Positions 19,352-29,036 of a DNA stretch of 64,000 bases are shown piece by piece. The notes under the pieces were generated by a model that was not told the DNA's origin, did no database searches, and worked only from the letters and a program-made list of their open reading frames with translations. Made by a program: the position numbers and the translations under genes. The stretch's first letter is position 1. Each line of letters opens with the position of its first letter. Origin of the DNA: Myxococcota bacterium (GTDB lineage Bacteria > Myxococcota_A > SURF-8); assembly GCA_965140415.1 (NCBI GenBank), contig OZ223209.1, positions 2,784,001 through 2,848,000 of the forward strand. The letters run 5' to 3'.

Positions 19352-20404
19352 CTACCAGCGCGCCTCGTGATCTTCCACGACGCCGGGGACATCTTCCAGC
19401 CGCAGGCTGGGGCCATCGGGGATATTGAGATTTCCGCTGAACGTCCCGATCGGTTGATGAAAACAACTGACAATCAACCCGGTATTCAAGGTTTCCGAAC
19501 GTTCTCCACGCGGATTGAATTGCACATCTACCACACCATCGTCGGTTTGTACACGCCAGGGAGACAGAATCGCCCTCTTATTGTAGGTGAATGTCGCATG
19601 CCCGACCGGGTAGCGTTTGCCGTCCACCCAGATTGCATTTTCAGTGAAGGTCGGATGATGATCCGGCTGCACCAGGTTCAGCCCGATGCGAGACCCTTCT
19701 TTGCTGGTGCCACCAAAGCAGGCCCAGCGCCATTCCCAGTGATAGTCGTGATATCCGGCGGTATGATCCACCGCGCCGAAGGAATAGCCTTTGGGGAGAT
19801 CGTATTGAGTATCGCCGAGTTGAATGCGACCGCTTACCGGCAATCCGGCCAGTTTGTGCGTAAAGGCAAAGGAACCCTTCGGGGTTGGCGTAATCACCTG
19901 ATGAGGAACGGTTTTCGACGGATTTTCTTCGATCTCGGCAGTGATGCGTAACGGTCCCTGCCTGGTCGTTACATCGACATCTACCCGTTCGATATCGCCC
20001 TGGGTGCCATATTCCATGGACACACGGTTATTGCCTTGTAAAAACGTGGCATGACCCTGAGAGGCGTGATCGCTGATCGATACGCCACGCGCCAGCGGAC
20101 TCATTCCTTTGAACTCGACCAGCCGGTGAGTTGTCATATCGAAGACATAAGCAAAAGTCGTCCCAATGTATCCCGTGTCGACAACAGCGATTCCACACAT
20201 CACCGAAGGCGAAAACAGACCGACGAAGCGCCAGCGTTTTTCACGATAGCGGCGCATGAACGAAGCGAAGGAGGGCAGGTGTTTATTCAGCGCTTCCGGT
20301 GCAATCTTGGAAAGAGGATATTCAGACAAGGTCAGGTCTTGAATTTCACCCGCGTACAGTCCGTATGCAACATCGCCGGAATCTGCAAATAGATCAGAAG
20401 CCAT
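19352..20404 (-). CDS. DUF2804 family protein
   Basis: KRWRF, WRWAC, GLNL, ENAIW and FHQPIGTFSG...VVEDHEARW motifs. Confidence 0.8.
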   Translation of the reverse strand: MASDLFADSGDVAYGLYAGEIQDLTLSEYPLSKIAPEALNKHLPSFASFMRRYREKRWRFVGLFSPSVMCGIAVVDTGYIGTTFAYVFDMTTHRLVEFKGMSPLARGVSISDHASQGHATFLQGNNRVSMEYGTQGDIERVDVDVTTRQGPLRITAEIEENPSKTVPHQVITPTPKGSFAFTHKLAGLPVSGRIQLGDTQYDLPKGYSFGAVDHTAGYHDYHWEWRWACFGGTSKEGSRIGLNLVQPDHHPTFTENAIWVDGKRYPVGHATFTYNKRAILSPWRVQTDDGVVDVQFNPRGERSETLNTGLIVSCFHQPIGTFSGNLNIPDGPSLRLEDVPGVVEDHEARW

Positions 20405-20512
20405 CGGTCTATCCTTTTTTTGAAACTGGGGCAAGCGCGAAGAATGGCTTTATGCTTGTATCAGGAGGTCGTCCATTCCACGATCGATCCTTCTGAAGTG
20501 TAACTCATTACA

Positions 20513-21715
20513 CTAGGGATTGCGATACTCTTTATGGAAGGCGGCGATCTTTTCATAAGCCGAAACCAACGTCTCTTCCTGCGGCAGAAAGACCACACGG
20601 AAATGCGCGGTGCCGGGGCGTTGCCCGAATCCCGAACCGGGAACCGCAACCACGCCGGTGGATTTGATCAACTCGGAAACCCAGTGATTGTCATCTTTGA
20701 CACCATGAAGTTTCGGGAAGGCGTAAAACGCACCTTGTGGCGACACGCAACTGATTCCTTCTACTTCATTAAGCATCTTGGTCGTGATGTCACGACGTCT
20801 TCGGAGTTTTTCAAGAACTTCAGGCAAATGCGCCTGATCGCCTTGCAAGCAGGGTTTGACGGCATACTGGATCGGATGATTGGCGCATAGTCTGGAGCGC
20901 AGGATTTTGTTGATCGCTTCGATGTAGTCTCCCATAATCTCCTGCTGTCCACTTACGATGCCCCAGCCGATGCGCAGGCCGGGACCGAGATAAGATTTCG
21001 ACAAGCCGTTGAAGGTAATGCAACTGAGTTCCGAATCCAGGGAAGCCGTACTGATATGCTGCACGTCATCCAATAGCAGTTTGTCGTAAATTTCATCTGA
21101 GAACAGTACGAGATTGTATTTCTTCGCCAGCGCGATGACCTGTTGCAGCGTTTCTTTCGTGTATAACGCCCCGGTTGGATTGTTGGGATTGATCAGCACG
21201 ATAGCGCGGGTTTTATCGTTGATTTTGCTTTCCATGTCCGCGATATCCGGCTGCCAGCCATTTTCTTCATCCAGATAATAAGGATTTTCTTCCGCCTGTA
21301 ACTTGGCGATAACCGCCGTATACAGGGGATAACCGGGAGCGGGCGTCAGAATGTTTTCTCCGGGATTCAGTAGCGCAGTCAGGCAGATTTCAATCGCTTC
21401 ACTGGCTCCAGTCGTTACAAAAATATCCTGGATGTTTTCAATGCCTTTTCTCGCGGCTTCCTCGTGCACGGATTGTACCGCTTCGCTAATACCGGAGGAA
21501 GGTGAGTATCCGGCGTGGTTTTCCAACATGGCTTTATGGGTGGCTTCGATGACCGGCGCGGGGACCATGAAATCGTATACGTTCGGATCTCCGATGTTCA
21601 GGTACAACATCTCTTTGCCGGTTTTTGCAACCTGTTGTGCAAGTACAACGATATCACGCACGGCATAACGAATATCCTGGGTGCGTTTGGCGGGGCGAAT
21701 GGGAGTTAAGGTCAT
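20513..21715 (-). CDS. Class I/II PLP aminotransferase (AlaA/AlaT-like alanine transaminase)
   Basis: LNIGDP, INPNNPTG, DEIYD and GLSKSY..PGLRIG motifs. Confidence 0.9.
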   Translation of the reverse strand: MTLTPIRPAKRTQDIRYAVRDIVVLAQQVAKTGKEMLYLNIGDPNVYDFMVPAPVIEATHKAMLENHAGYSPSSGISEAVQSVHEEAARKGIENIQDIFVTTGASEAIEICLTALLNPGENILTPAPGYPLYTAVIAKLQAEENPYYLDEENGWQPDIADMESKINDKTRAIVLINPNNPTGALYTKETLQQVIALAKKYNLVLFSDEIYDKLLLDDVQHISTASLDSELSCITFNGLSKSYLGPGLRIGWGIVSGQQEIMGDYIEAINKILRSRLCANHPIQYAVKPCLQGDQAHLPEVLEKLRRRRDITTKMLNEVEGISCVSPQGAFYAFPKLHGVKDDNHWVSELIKSTGVVAVPGSGFGQRPGTAHFRVVFLPQEETLVSAYEKIAAFHKEYRNP

Positions 21716-21776
21716 TGTAACCTCCTGTGTTCGTTATGTTTATCGACGCACCGGCACCGGGTGACATCGGTTGCGG

Positions 21777-21805
21777 ATGGTAACGCGGAAGGGCGGGGCT
21801 GTCAA
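21777..21805 (-). promoter_or_regulatory. Sigma70-type promoter of the aminotransferase gene
   Basis: TTGACA-17 bp-TACCAT on the minus strand. Confidence 0.6.
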
Positions 21806-21933
21806 TCAAGTTTCGAGAAGGGATTCGGATTATTACTGAAATCAATCGCGTCGTTATTTCCTTGAGGTGAGAAGGGGCATCTGCTATACAGGAGCATCTG
21901 TTATTAGACCTTAAAAGGACGTTTGACTGCCTC

Positions 21934-22509
21934 ATGAAACGACTTGCAACACTTTGCCTGTTTTTCATCCTCCTGCTGATGGCTCCTGCCGTATTCGCTC
22001 AGGATTATTCCTACCTCGACGACGAAGAAGAGGATCACTGGATGTTTTCCCTTTCTCCCGGCTACGGTTTGCTCTACGTCAGTGGGGAAGAGGATATTCG
22101 ACATGGGTTCGGTAGCAGTATCGAAGGAAATTATGAAGTCGCTCCGGGCTGGCGCGTGGGATTGAAAGCAAAGCTTGGAATCTACGATGGAGATAAAGAT
22201 CAAGACCAGGGAATCTATACGCAAGTCGCCTTGTTGGGAGGCGCGCGCTACACTTTTCTACGGGACTGGGTACAGCCGTATGTGTTTGTCGATCTGGGGT
22301 GGGTGCGCACGGAACTGGATAGGGAAACCGATACGATACTGACCAGTCATTCCATGCAGATCGAGGGTGGCCTGGGAGTCAGCTTCCGCATTCTGAAAAG
22401 CTTTTATTTGGGGTTGGAAGCCGCCGTGGGACCGCAGCTTTTCGGCCACGACGATATCCACGGCAGCTTCTATTTCCACGGACTGCTCTGTTTCGAGCTT
22501 CGAGTCTAA
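21934..22509 (+). CDS. Outer-membrane beta-barrel domain protein
   Basis: Signal peptide, amphipathic beta-strands and a GARY...VQPYVFVDLGW pattern. Confidence 0.7.
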   Translation: MKRLATLCLFFILLLMAPAVFAQDYSYLDDEEEDHWMFSLSPGYGLLYVSGEEDIRHGFGSSIEGNYEVAPGWRVGLKAKLGIYDGDKDQDQGIYTQVALLGGARYTFLRDWVQPYVFVDLGWVRTELDRETDTILTSHSMQIEGGLGVSFRILKSFYLGLEAAVGPQLFGHDDIHGSFYFHGLLCFELRV

Positions 22510-22524
22510 CCTGTTAAAAACCTA

Positions 22525-23238
22525 TTATTTTCCTACGGTTGTGCCAATGGCCTTACCCAGCAGGGCCTGTTGGATGTTTCCCGCCTTCAGTTGACTGAAT
22601 ACCCGGATCGGCAGGTTGTTGTCACGGCAGAGTGAAAAAGCGGTCTGATCCATTACCCGCAATGACTTTGCCAGCGCTTCGTCAAATGACACGCTGTCGT
22701 ACAGTTCCGCATCATCGAATTTTGCAGGGTCTTTGGAGTAGACACCATCGACTTTCGTCGCTTTCAATAGTTCATCGCAATGCAGTTCCACCGCACGCAG
22801 CGCCGCTGCCGTATCCGTCGTGAAGTAGGGATTTCCAGAGCCACCGGCCAGAATGACGACTTCCCCACGATTCATCGCCTGTTCGGCTGCCGGTTGAGCG
22901 TAACCGGGAACGACGTGTCCGACCGCGAAGGCGGAGAACACGCAGGCAGGCTGTCCAACGGACAAAAGCGCGGATTCCATCGCCAGACCGTTGATTACGG
23001 TCGCCAGCATACCCATGTAGTCGCCTTTGTAGCGATCCATGCCCAGAGATTGCCCGATGGAACCACGGAAGATGTTGCCACCCCCGACCACGATTCCGAT
23101 TTGTACTCCGGCGCTAGCTGCCGCTTTGATTTCCGTTGCCAATTCTTTTGTAAATGAGGCGTCGATCACTGCGCCTTTTCCGGAAGGACACAACGCCTCC
23201 CCGGACATTTTAAGCAGTACTCGTCTGGTTTCGCTCAT
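22525..23238 (-). CDS. pyrH: UMP kinase
   Basis: RVLLKMSGEAL, GGGNIFRG and GNPYFTTDTAAALRA motifs; follows tsf. Confidence 0.96.
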   Translation of the reverse strand: MSETRRVLLKMSGEALCPSGKGAVIDASFTKELATEIKAAASAGVQIGIVVGGGNIFRGSIGQSLGMDRYKGDYMGMLATVINGLAMESALLSVGQPACVFSAFAVGHVVPGYAQPAAEQAMNRGEVVILAGGSGNPYFTTDTAAALRAVELHCDELLKATKVDGVYSKDPAKFDDAELYDSVSFDEALAKSLRVMDQTAFSLCRDNNLPIRVFSQLKAGNIQQALLGKAIGTTVGK

Positions 23239-23341
23239 GTTTCGCTCCTTGGTTGTAAAGGATGTCATGTTTTTCCGGTTATATGCTCAGATTATATCCG
23301 GTTTTGTCGTTCACGTCAGTATGTTGCTAATAAATCCCAGA

Positions 23342-23379
23342 AAAACGCCCCTGGCCGGTTCGGCTCAGGGGCGTTGAAA
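23342..23379 (-). terminator. Intrinsic terminator after tsf
   Basis: AACGCCCCTG...CAGGGGCGTT hairpin followed by a T-run on the minus strand. Confidence 0.7.
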
Positions 23380-23406
23380 AATCAGTCATCGCTTGTTTAT
23401 CGTATC

Positions 23407-24363
23407 TTATTTTCCGTCCAGTTGAGCGGCGACTTCGGCGGCCAGGTCGTTGGAACGTTTTTCCAGTCCTTCACCTACCTGCCAACGAGTGAAGCGGCGA
23501 ATGCTCAACTCTTTGCCGATTTCTTTGCCAACGGCTGCCAGGGCTTTGCTAACCGTCAGACTGGTGTCATGTACCCAGATCTGCTCGAGCAGGACGTTGT
23601 CTTTGAAGTACTTATTCATTTTGCCGTCCACAATGCGGTCGGCCAATTCCGCCGGTTTGCCGGATTCGATAACCTGCGTTTTGTAAATCTCGCGTTCGCG
23701 GGCTAACAGGTCTTCCGGAACTTCTTCACGAGTTACGCAAATAGGATTGCTGGCCGTGGCGTGCATAGACAGCATTTTGGCGAAATTCTGAACCGGTTCC
23801 AGCTGTGCCGCATCCGCTGAACAACCCAGTTCGACCAGCACTCCCAGTTTGCCACCCATATGGATGTAGGAGTTGAACAGACCTTCGCCGTCCAGTTCCC
23901 AACGGACGAAGCGACGAGGGCTGATGTTTTCGCCGATGTTCGCTACGAGATTGTTCACGACATCGTTCACGCTCAGGTTCTCATCTGCGATCCACTTCTG
24001 ATCGTAAAGGGCATCCGCGCCTTCTTCTGCCTTGATGACCTTGGGCGCCTTGGCGGCGATGTGCATGCGAAGGTTTTCCACAAAAGCCTGGAAGTCGGGG
24101 TTACGGGCGACGAAATCGGTTTCGCAGTTAACTTCCACGATCACGCCCGTTTTGCCATCATCACTAATATAGGAGGCAACCGCGCCTTCACTGGTGATGC
24201 GTCCGGCTTTTTTCGCCGCTGCGCTCAAACCTTTTTTACGCAGGAAATCAATTGCAGCCTGCATATCACCGTCGGACTCGACGAGTGCTTTTTTACAATC
24301 CATCATACCCGCGCCGGTTTTCTCGCGCAGCTCCTTAACCATCAATGCCGTTACGTTGGCCAT
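23407..24363 (-). CDS. tsf: Translation elongation factor Ts
   Basis: VKELREKTGAGMMDCKKAL and EVNCETDFVA motifs. Confidence 0.98.
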   Translation of the reverse strand: MANVTALMVKELREKTGAGMMDCKKALVESDGDMQAAIDFLRKKGLSAAAKKAGRITSEGAVASYISDDGKTGVIVEVNCETDFVARNPDFQAFVENLRMHIAAKAPKVIKAEEGADALYDQKWIADENLSVNDVVNNLVANIGENISPRRFVRWELDGEGLFNSYIHMGGKLGVLVELGCSADAAQLEPVQNFAKMLSMHATASNPICVTREEVPEDLLAREREIYKTQVIESGKPAELADRIVDGKMNKYFKDNVLLEQIWVHDTSLTVSKALAAVGKEIGKELSIRRFTRWQVGEGLEKRSNDLAAEVAAQLDGK

Positions 24364-24439
24364 TGTCTTACCTCTCTTGGTCTATAGCTCAACTCATACT
24401 TTAAATGAGTTGCGGTCAGTTATGAAAAAAACAAGCTTA

Positions 24440-25312
24440 TTATTCGGCTGCGGAATCTTCTTTAGAATCCGACGGTGCAGCTTCCGCCTCGGCTTTTTCA
24501 GCGGTGGCGTCAGCCTCGGTCTCCTTGCGCGGAGCAACCTTCTTCACAGCAACTTTCTTGCCGCCGATATCACGCTTCTCTTCGCTGATCGAACCGTCCT
24601 TCGCCTTGGCCGGAGAGGTGTCCTTTTGCAGAGCCTGGCCTTCCAAACAGGCGTCGGCCACTTTGCGGGAGAACAGGCGAATCGCGCGAATGGCGTCGTC
24701 GTTGCCCGGAATCACGTAATCCACACCATCGGGATTGCAGTTGGTATCGCAAACCGCGATAACCGGGATACCCAGGGTGTTGGCTTCGTGAACGGCGATT
24801 CTTTCCTTGACCGGATCGATGACGAACATCACGCCGGGAAGGCGACCCATTTTGCGGATACCGGACAAGTTCTTGGACAACTTCTGGCGAAGCTTGTCCT
24901 TCATCATTGCTTCTTTTTTCGTACGAACCGGGTAGTTGCCGTCTTCGAACATCTTTTCCAGTTCGTTCAGGTTGTCGATGGAAATGCGGATGGTGCGGAA
25001 GTTGGTCATCGTACCGCCCAACCAGCGGTTGTTGACGAAAAACATTCCGGCGCGTTCGGATTCCTGCTTGACCACGTCCGCCGCCTGGCGTTTGGTTCCC
25101 ACGAACAGCACGGATTCGCCATCGGCAACGCGATCGACGATGAACTGATACGCTTCGCGGAACATACGCACGGTCTGCTGCAAGTCGATGATATGCACAC
25201 CATTGCGAGCGCCGAAAATGTAAGGTTTCATTTTCGGGTTCCAACGCGCCGTCTGGTGACCAAAATGGACACCGGCTTCCAACAATTCTTTCATTGTGAT
25301 AGGTCCAGGCAT
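24440..25312 (-). CDS. rpsB: 30S ribosomal protein S2
   Basis: [18 protein letters not shown] and [10 protein letters not shown] motifs. Confidence 0.98.
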   Translation of the reverse strand: MPGPITMKELLEAGVHFGHQTARWNPKMKPYIFGARNGVHIIDLQQTVRMFREAYQFIVDRVADGESVLFVGTKRQAADVVKQESERAGMFFVNNRWLGGTMTNFRTIRISIDNLNELEKMFEDGNYPVRTKKEAMMKDKLRQKLSKNLSGIRKMGRLPGVMFVIDPVKERIAVHEANTLGIPVIAVCDTNCNPDGVDYVIPGNDDAIRAIRLFSRKVADACLEGQALQKDTSPAKAKDGSISEEKRDIGGKKVAVKKVAPRKETEADATAEKAEAEAAPSDSKEDSAAE

Positions 25313-25327
25313 GATCGATCCTTTCGT

Positions 25328-25405
25328 GTTATGCCTCCACCTTCGTCAAGTGATTATTGCCACCGGATGACCGGCACACAGGCAAGCTCATCGGAAGGTG
25401 TGTGA
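25328..25405 (-). ncRNA. rpsB 5' leader (t44-like autoregulatory structure)
   Basis: CACACCTTC...GAAGGTGGAGGCATAAC closing stem resembles the conserved rpsB leader. Confidence 0.65.
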
Positions 25406-25445
25406 AATACGTCGGTTAGGACAATCCCAACCGTCCGGGGCGCTA

Positions 25446-25474
25446 TGTCTAGCAGACATGCCTTAAAATTGCAA
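25446..25474 (-). promoter_or_regulatory. rpsB-tsf promoter
   Basis: TTGCAA-17 bp-TAGACA with an extended TGn element and a GC-rich discriminator. Confidence 0.55.
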
Positions 25475-25513
25475 GCAATTTCTTTATATAGTAGAAAACC
25501 AATCCTTCGGAAA

Positions 25514-26884
25514 TCAGGGCTGTTTTATCCAAACGGATTTCACGTTGACGAACTCCCGGATGCCTTCTTCCGATAGCTCTCTGCCATAACCCGAAAGCTT
25601 GATGCCACCAAAGGGCAGGCGAGGGTCGGATTTGACCATCCCATTGACGAAGACCGCTCCCGAATCGATGCGCCGTGCGTAGTCATCTGCGAGTTCCATA
25701 TTGCCGGTCCAGATTGAACCGCCAAGGCCAAGCGGCGATTCGTTGGCGATGCGAATCGCCTCATCGGCACTTTTGGCAGCGATCACCGGAGCCACCGGTC
25801 CGAAGGTCTCTTCATCCGCAACGTTCATTCCGGGGCGAACACCCGTCAGCATTGTAACCGGGTAATATGCTCCCGGGCCTTCCGGGATTTCTCCTCCCAT
25901 AACCAACTTGGCTCCACTGGCAACGGAAGCCGTCACCTGCTCGTGCAATTCGGCGCGCAGGTCGGTCCGCGCCATCGGTCCGATATCGGAATTTGAGTCC
26001 ATCGGGTCGCCCATGTTCAATTTGGATAAGTTCTCTTTGAATCGTTGTGCAAAGGAATCCAAAACGGGTTGTTCCACGATAAAGCGTTTTGCGGCAATGC
26101 AACTTTGACCGCCGTTGATAAGGCGGGCATCGGCGGCAACCTTGGCTGCCTGTTCGATATTGGCATCGGAAAGGACGATAAACGGATCGCTGCCTCCCAA
26201 TTCAAGAACGGTCTTTTTAAGGACCGACCCAGCCGTTGCCGCAACTTTGCGACCCGCGATTTCACTACCGGTCAATGTCACCGCCATCACGCGCGAATCC
26301 CGGATGACCTGTTCCGTCGTTCGGGCGGAAATCAGCAGCGTTTGGAAGGCACCTTCAGGGAAGCCCGCCTCAAGAAATATTTCCTCGATGGCAAGGGCGC
26401 TCATCGGTACGTTGGAGGCATGTTTAAGTAGACCGACGTTTCCTGCCATCAGCGCTGGGGCCGCGAATCGGATAACCTGCCAGAAGGGGAAGTTCCAGGG
26501 CATAATGGCAAGAACCGGTCCCAGTGGGTCGTAACGAACGTAGCTTTTATCGGCATCGGTTTCTTCCGTGCGATTTGATAGAAAGCGTTCCGCTTGTTCC
26601 GCATAAAAATCACAAACCCAGGCGCATTTTTCCACTTCGGCAAGCGACTGCTTGATGGGCTTGCCCATTTCCTGCGTGATGATTTCGCCATATTTGGCTG
26701 CATTTGATCGAAGTACTTTGGCTGAATTCGTCATGAGTTCCGAACGTTTGGCAAAGGGAATTTCTTTCCACTCTGAAAAAGTTTGCGATGCCTGTTGCAG
26801 TCGGGCTTCGATTCCATTTGCATCGGTTTCTTCAAACCGCTTGATTTCTTCTCCAGTTGCAGGATTTATACTGGCTATCGCCAT
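25514..26884 (-). CDS. NAD(P)-dependent succinate-semialdehyde dehydrogenase (Sad/SsaD-like)
   Basis: IMPWNFP, LELGGSDPF, GQSCIAAKRF, EETFGP and PFGGIKLSGYGREL motifs. Confidence 0.9.
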   Translation of the reverse strand: MAIASINPATGEEIKRFEETDANGIEARLQQASQTFSEWKEIPFAKRSELMTNSAKVLRSNAAKYGEIITQEMGKPIKQSLAEVEKCAWVCDFYAEQAERFLSNRTEETDADKSYVRYDPLGPVLAIMPWNFPFWQVIRFAAPALMAGNVGLLKHASNVPMSALAIEEIFLEAGFPEGAFQTLLISARTTEQVIRDSRVMAVTLTGSEIAGRKVAATAGSVLKKTVLELGGSDPFIVLSDANIEQAAKVAADARLINGGQSCIAAKRFIVEQPVLDSFAQRFKENLSKLNMGDPMDSNSDIGPMARTDLRAELHEQVTASVASGAKLVMGGEIPEGPGAYYPVTMLTGVRPGMNVADEETFGPVAPVIAAKSADEAIRIANESPLGLGGSIWTGNMELADDYARRIDSGAVFVNGMVKSDPRLPFGGIKLSGYGRELSEEGIREFVNVKSVWIKQP

Positions 26885-26924
26885 GATAGATTCCTTTCTT
26901 GTTTTGTAGGTTCGTGACCCTCTG

Positions 26925-28568
26925 TCAGTGTTGCAGAATTTCTCCCAGTCGCTTGGTCAACTTCAAATTTTCTCCGTAATCGACGGGAACCACGATCACG
27001 GTCGGTTTCGATTTTTCTTTAAATGCTTTTTTCATGATTGGAATAAAGTCTTCCGTACGTTCAACTTTCACACCATTGCAACCGAATGATTCCGCCAACT
27101 TAACCATGTCAGGATTCTTGATCACCGTGTGAGATGCTTTGCCGAATTGCGCCATCTGCTTCCAGGTGATCAAGCCGTATTCATCATCCTGCCATACCAG
27201 GAAAGTGGCTGGAATGTTGTATTGTACGGCAGTTGCCAGTTCCTGCACGTTCATCAGAAAACCACCGTCGCCGCATAGGCCGACCACATTTTTTTCCGGG
27301 AACAATCGTTTGGCCGAGATCGCGCCGGGCAGGGCGATGCCCATCGAGCAGAATCCATTCGAGATGATGCAGCTATTGGGAACGTAGGTTGGAAACGAGC
27401 GGGCTACCCACATTTTATGCGCCCCAACATCGCTTATAAGAATATCGTCGTCCCGCATAATCGCTCGTAAGTCGTGCAGAATGCGTTGAGGTTTCATGGG
27501 AAAATCCGGGCTGTCGGATTCGAAAGACAATTCCTGCTGAATGTGCGAGCGTTCCGTAGCAAATTCAGGAACATCTTTCCAGTGTTTGTGTGTCAGTCGT
27601 TGATTGATCGCCCACATGGCTCCAGCCAGGTCTCCGACGACTTCGACTTCAGGGCGGTAGTGCTCATCTACTTCTGCCGGAGTGAAATCGATGTGAATAA
27701 TGCGCTTGTTATGCTTGGGATTCCAAACGGATGGGTGCCATTCGACGAGATCGTAGCCGATGCATAAAACCAGATCCGCCTGATCGAAGGATTCGGAAAC
27801 ATGATCCCTGCTTTGCAAACCAGCAGTCATTAGGCTGCGTTCGTGACGTGCGCTGACTGCGCCTTTTCCCATAAAGGTATTTGTAACGTAAAAGCCGCTT
27901 TTTTCTACTAGTATATTCAATTGCTTAGCTGCTCTTGTGCGAACGCAGCCATTGCCGGCTAAGATGATGGGTCGCTCGGCCTGGGCCAGCAATTCCATTA
28001 CCCGATCGATCGCTTTCTCGTCTGCGGCAGGGCGTCTGACTTTCGATCCTTTTTGAAAAGGAACGTTTCCCGTGTCTTCTTTTGCAATGTTTTCAGGTAG
28101 TTCAATGAGGCAGGCACCGGGCTTTTCCGTTGCTGCGAGTTTGAAAGCTTTATGAATGACTTCGGGAATGTTGCAGCCGTGATAAATGGAGTGCGACCAT
28201 TTGGTGATCGGCTCGAATAAGTCAACAATATTCATGTTTTGGTGAGATTCTTTATGGAGACGCTGCGTGCTGGCTTGTCCGGCGATTGCCACAACCGGGC
28301 TTCGATCCATATTCGCATTTGCCACGCCGGTTACCAGATTGCTTGCTCCCGGTCCAAGGGTAGCCAAGCAAACGCCTGGCTTGCCTGTTAGTCTTCCATA
28401 AACGTCCGCCATAAAAGCTGCTCCCTGCTCGTGGCGGCAGATTACGAACTCAATTGGAGAATCCAGCAAGGAAATCATCAAATCGGCGTTTTCTTCACCC
28501 GGAACGCCGAAGATCGTGTCGACTCCTTCTTCTTCCAGGCATCGTAAAAACAAATCCGATGCTTTCAT
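26925..28568 (-). CDS. ThDP-dependent acetolactate-synthase-like protein; probable 2-oxoglutarate decarboxylase (OgdA-like)
   Basis: FGVPGEEN, RHEQGAAFMADVYGRLTG, ESHQ and GDGGFLMN motifs; co-oriented directly upstream of the SSADH gene. Confidence 0.75.
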   Translation of the reverse strand: MKASDLFLRCLEEEGVDTIFGVPGEENADLMISLLDSPIEFVICRHEQGAAFMADVYGRLTGKPGVCLATLGPGASNLVTGVANANMDRSPVVAIAGQASTQRLHKESHQNMNIVDLFEPITKWSHSIYHGCNIPEVIHKAFKLAATEKPGACLIELPENIAKEDTGNVPFQKGSKVRRPAADEKAIDRVMELLAQAERPIILAGNGCVRTRAAKQLNILVEKSGFYVTNTFMGKGAVSARHERSLMTAGLQSRDHVSESFDQADLVLCIGYDLVEWHPSVWNPKHNKRIIHIDFTPAEVDEHYRPEVEVVGDLAGAMWAINQRLTHKHWKDVPEFATERSHIQQELSFESDSPDFPMKPQRILHDLRAIMRDDDILISDVGAHKMWVARSFPTYVPNSCIISNGFCSMGIALPGAISAKRLFPEKNVVGLCGDGGFLMNVQELATAVQYNIPATFLVWQDDEYGLITWKQMAQFGKASHTVIKNPDMVKLAESFGCNGVKVERTEDFIPIMKKAFKEKSKPTVIVVPVDYGENLKLTKRLGEILQH

Positions 28569-28816
28569 TTATGCCTCCTCCGCAGGTTTGCAATGTTCGT
28601 TTACTTGCAAGAAATGTGTAGTTCTTTCATTGCGATAGCTTAACATGAAACCTCTGAAAACAGAAGCCATTGAAGTCAATCGCGAACAATAGGCGACTTC
28701 TTGTGTCAAGTCGTACATGCGTTTAAGGACATGCATAGCTATAAGTAGATCATGGAAAAGGGAGAATCATTCCACCTTGAATGGAAAATTTGAATTGTTG
28801 CAAAGTGATGGTTAAT

Positions 28817-29035
28817 TAGTGGTCATCTTGTGGCGCGATTGTGTAGCTTTTCGATTTTGCTTCCAAAATGGCACGGTGAGTGTGGCGAAATAGTGGCGCG
28901 ATAGTGGTCATCTTGTGGCGTGATAGTGTCGTTTTACGGTCCGCTTTGTGCAAAGAGATTTGTGGTCTGTAACAACGTGCTGTTGTGTTTGTGGCGTTTT
29001 ACTGGTCACCTTGTGTTGGTTTACGGTCTTGTGGT
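28817..29035. repeat. Degenerate 11-bp-period direct repeat array (T[A/T]GTGG-type units)
   Basis: Phased units at 28817/28828/28839, 28880 to 28946 and 28989 to 29022. TAGTGGTCATCTTGTGGCG occurs at both 28817 and 28902. Confidence 0.7.
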
Positions 29036-29036
29036 G

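Noticed and set aside
24194-25405. 403-aa plus-strand ORF and many similar antisense ORFs
   Set aside because: These are shadow frames opposite rpsB/tsf and other well-supported genes, with no recognisable motifs.
26925-28568. Biosynthetic ilvB assignment
   Set aside because: No ilvN/ilvC context. Motifs and SSADH linkage favour the decarboxylase-like subgroup.
28817-29035. CRISPR array or coding repeat
   Set aside because: Units are ~11 bp with no unique spacers, no cas genes are in the window, and no long ORF covers it.
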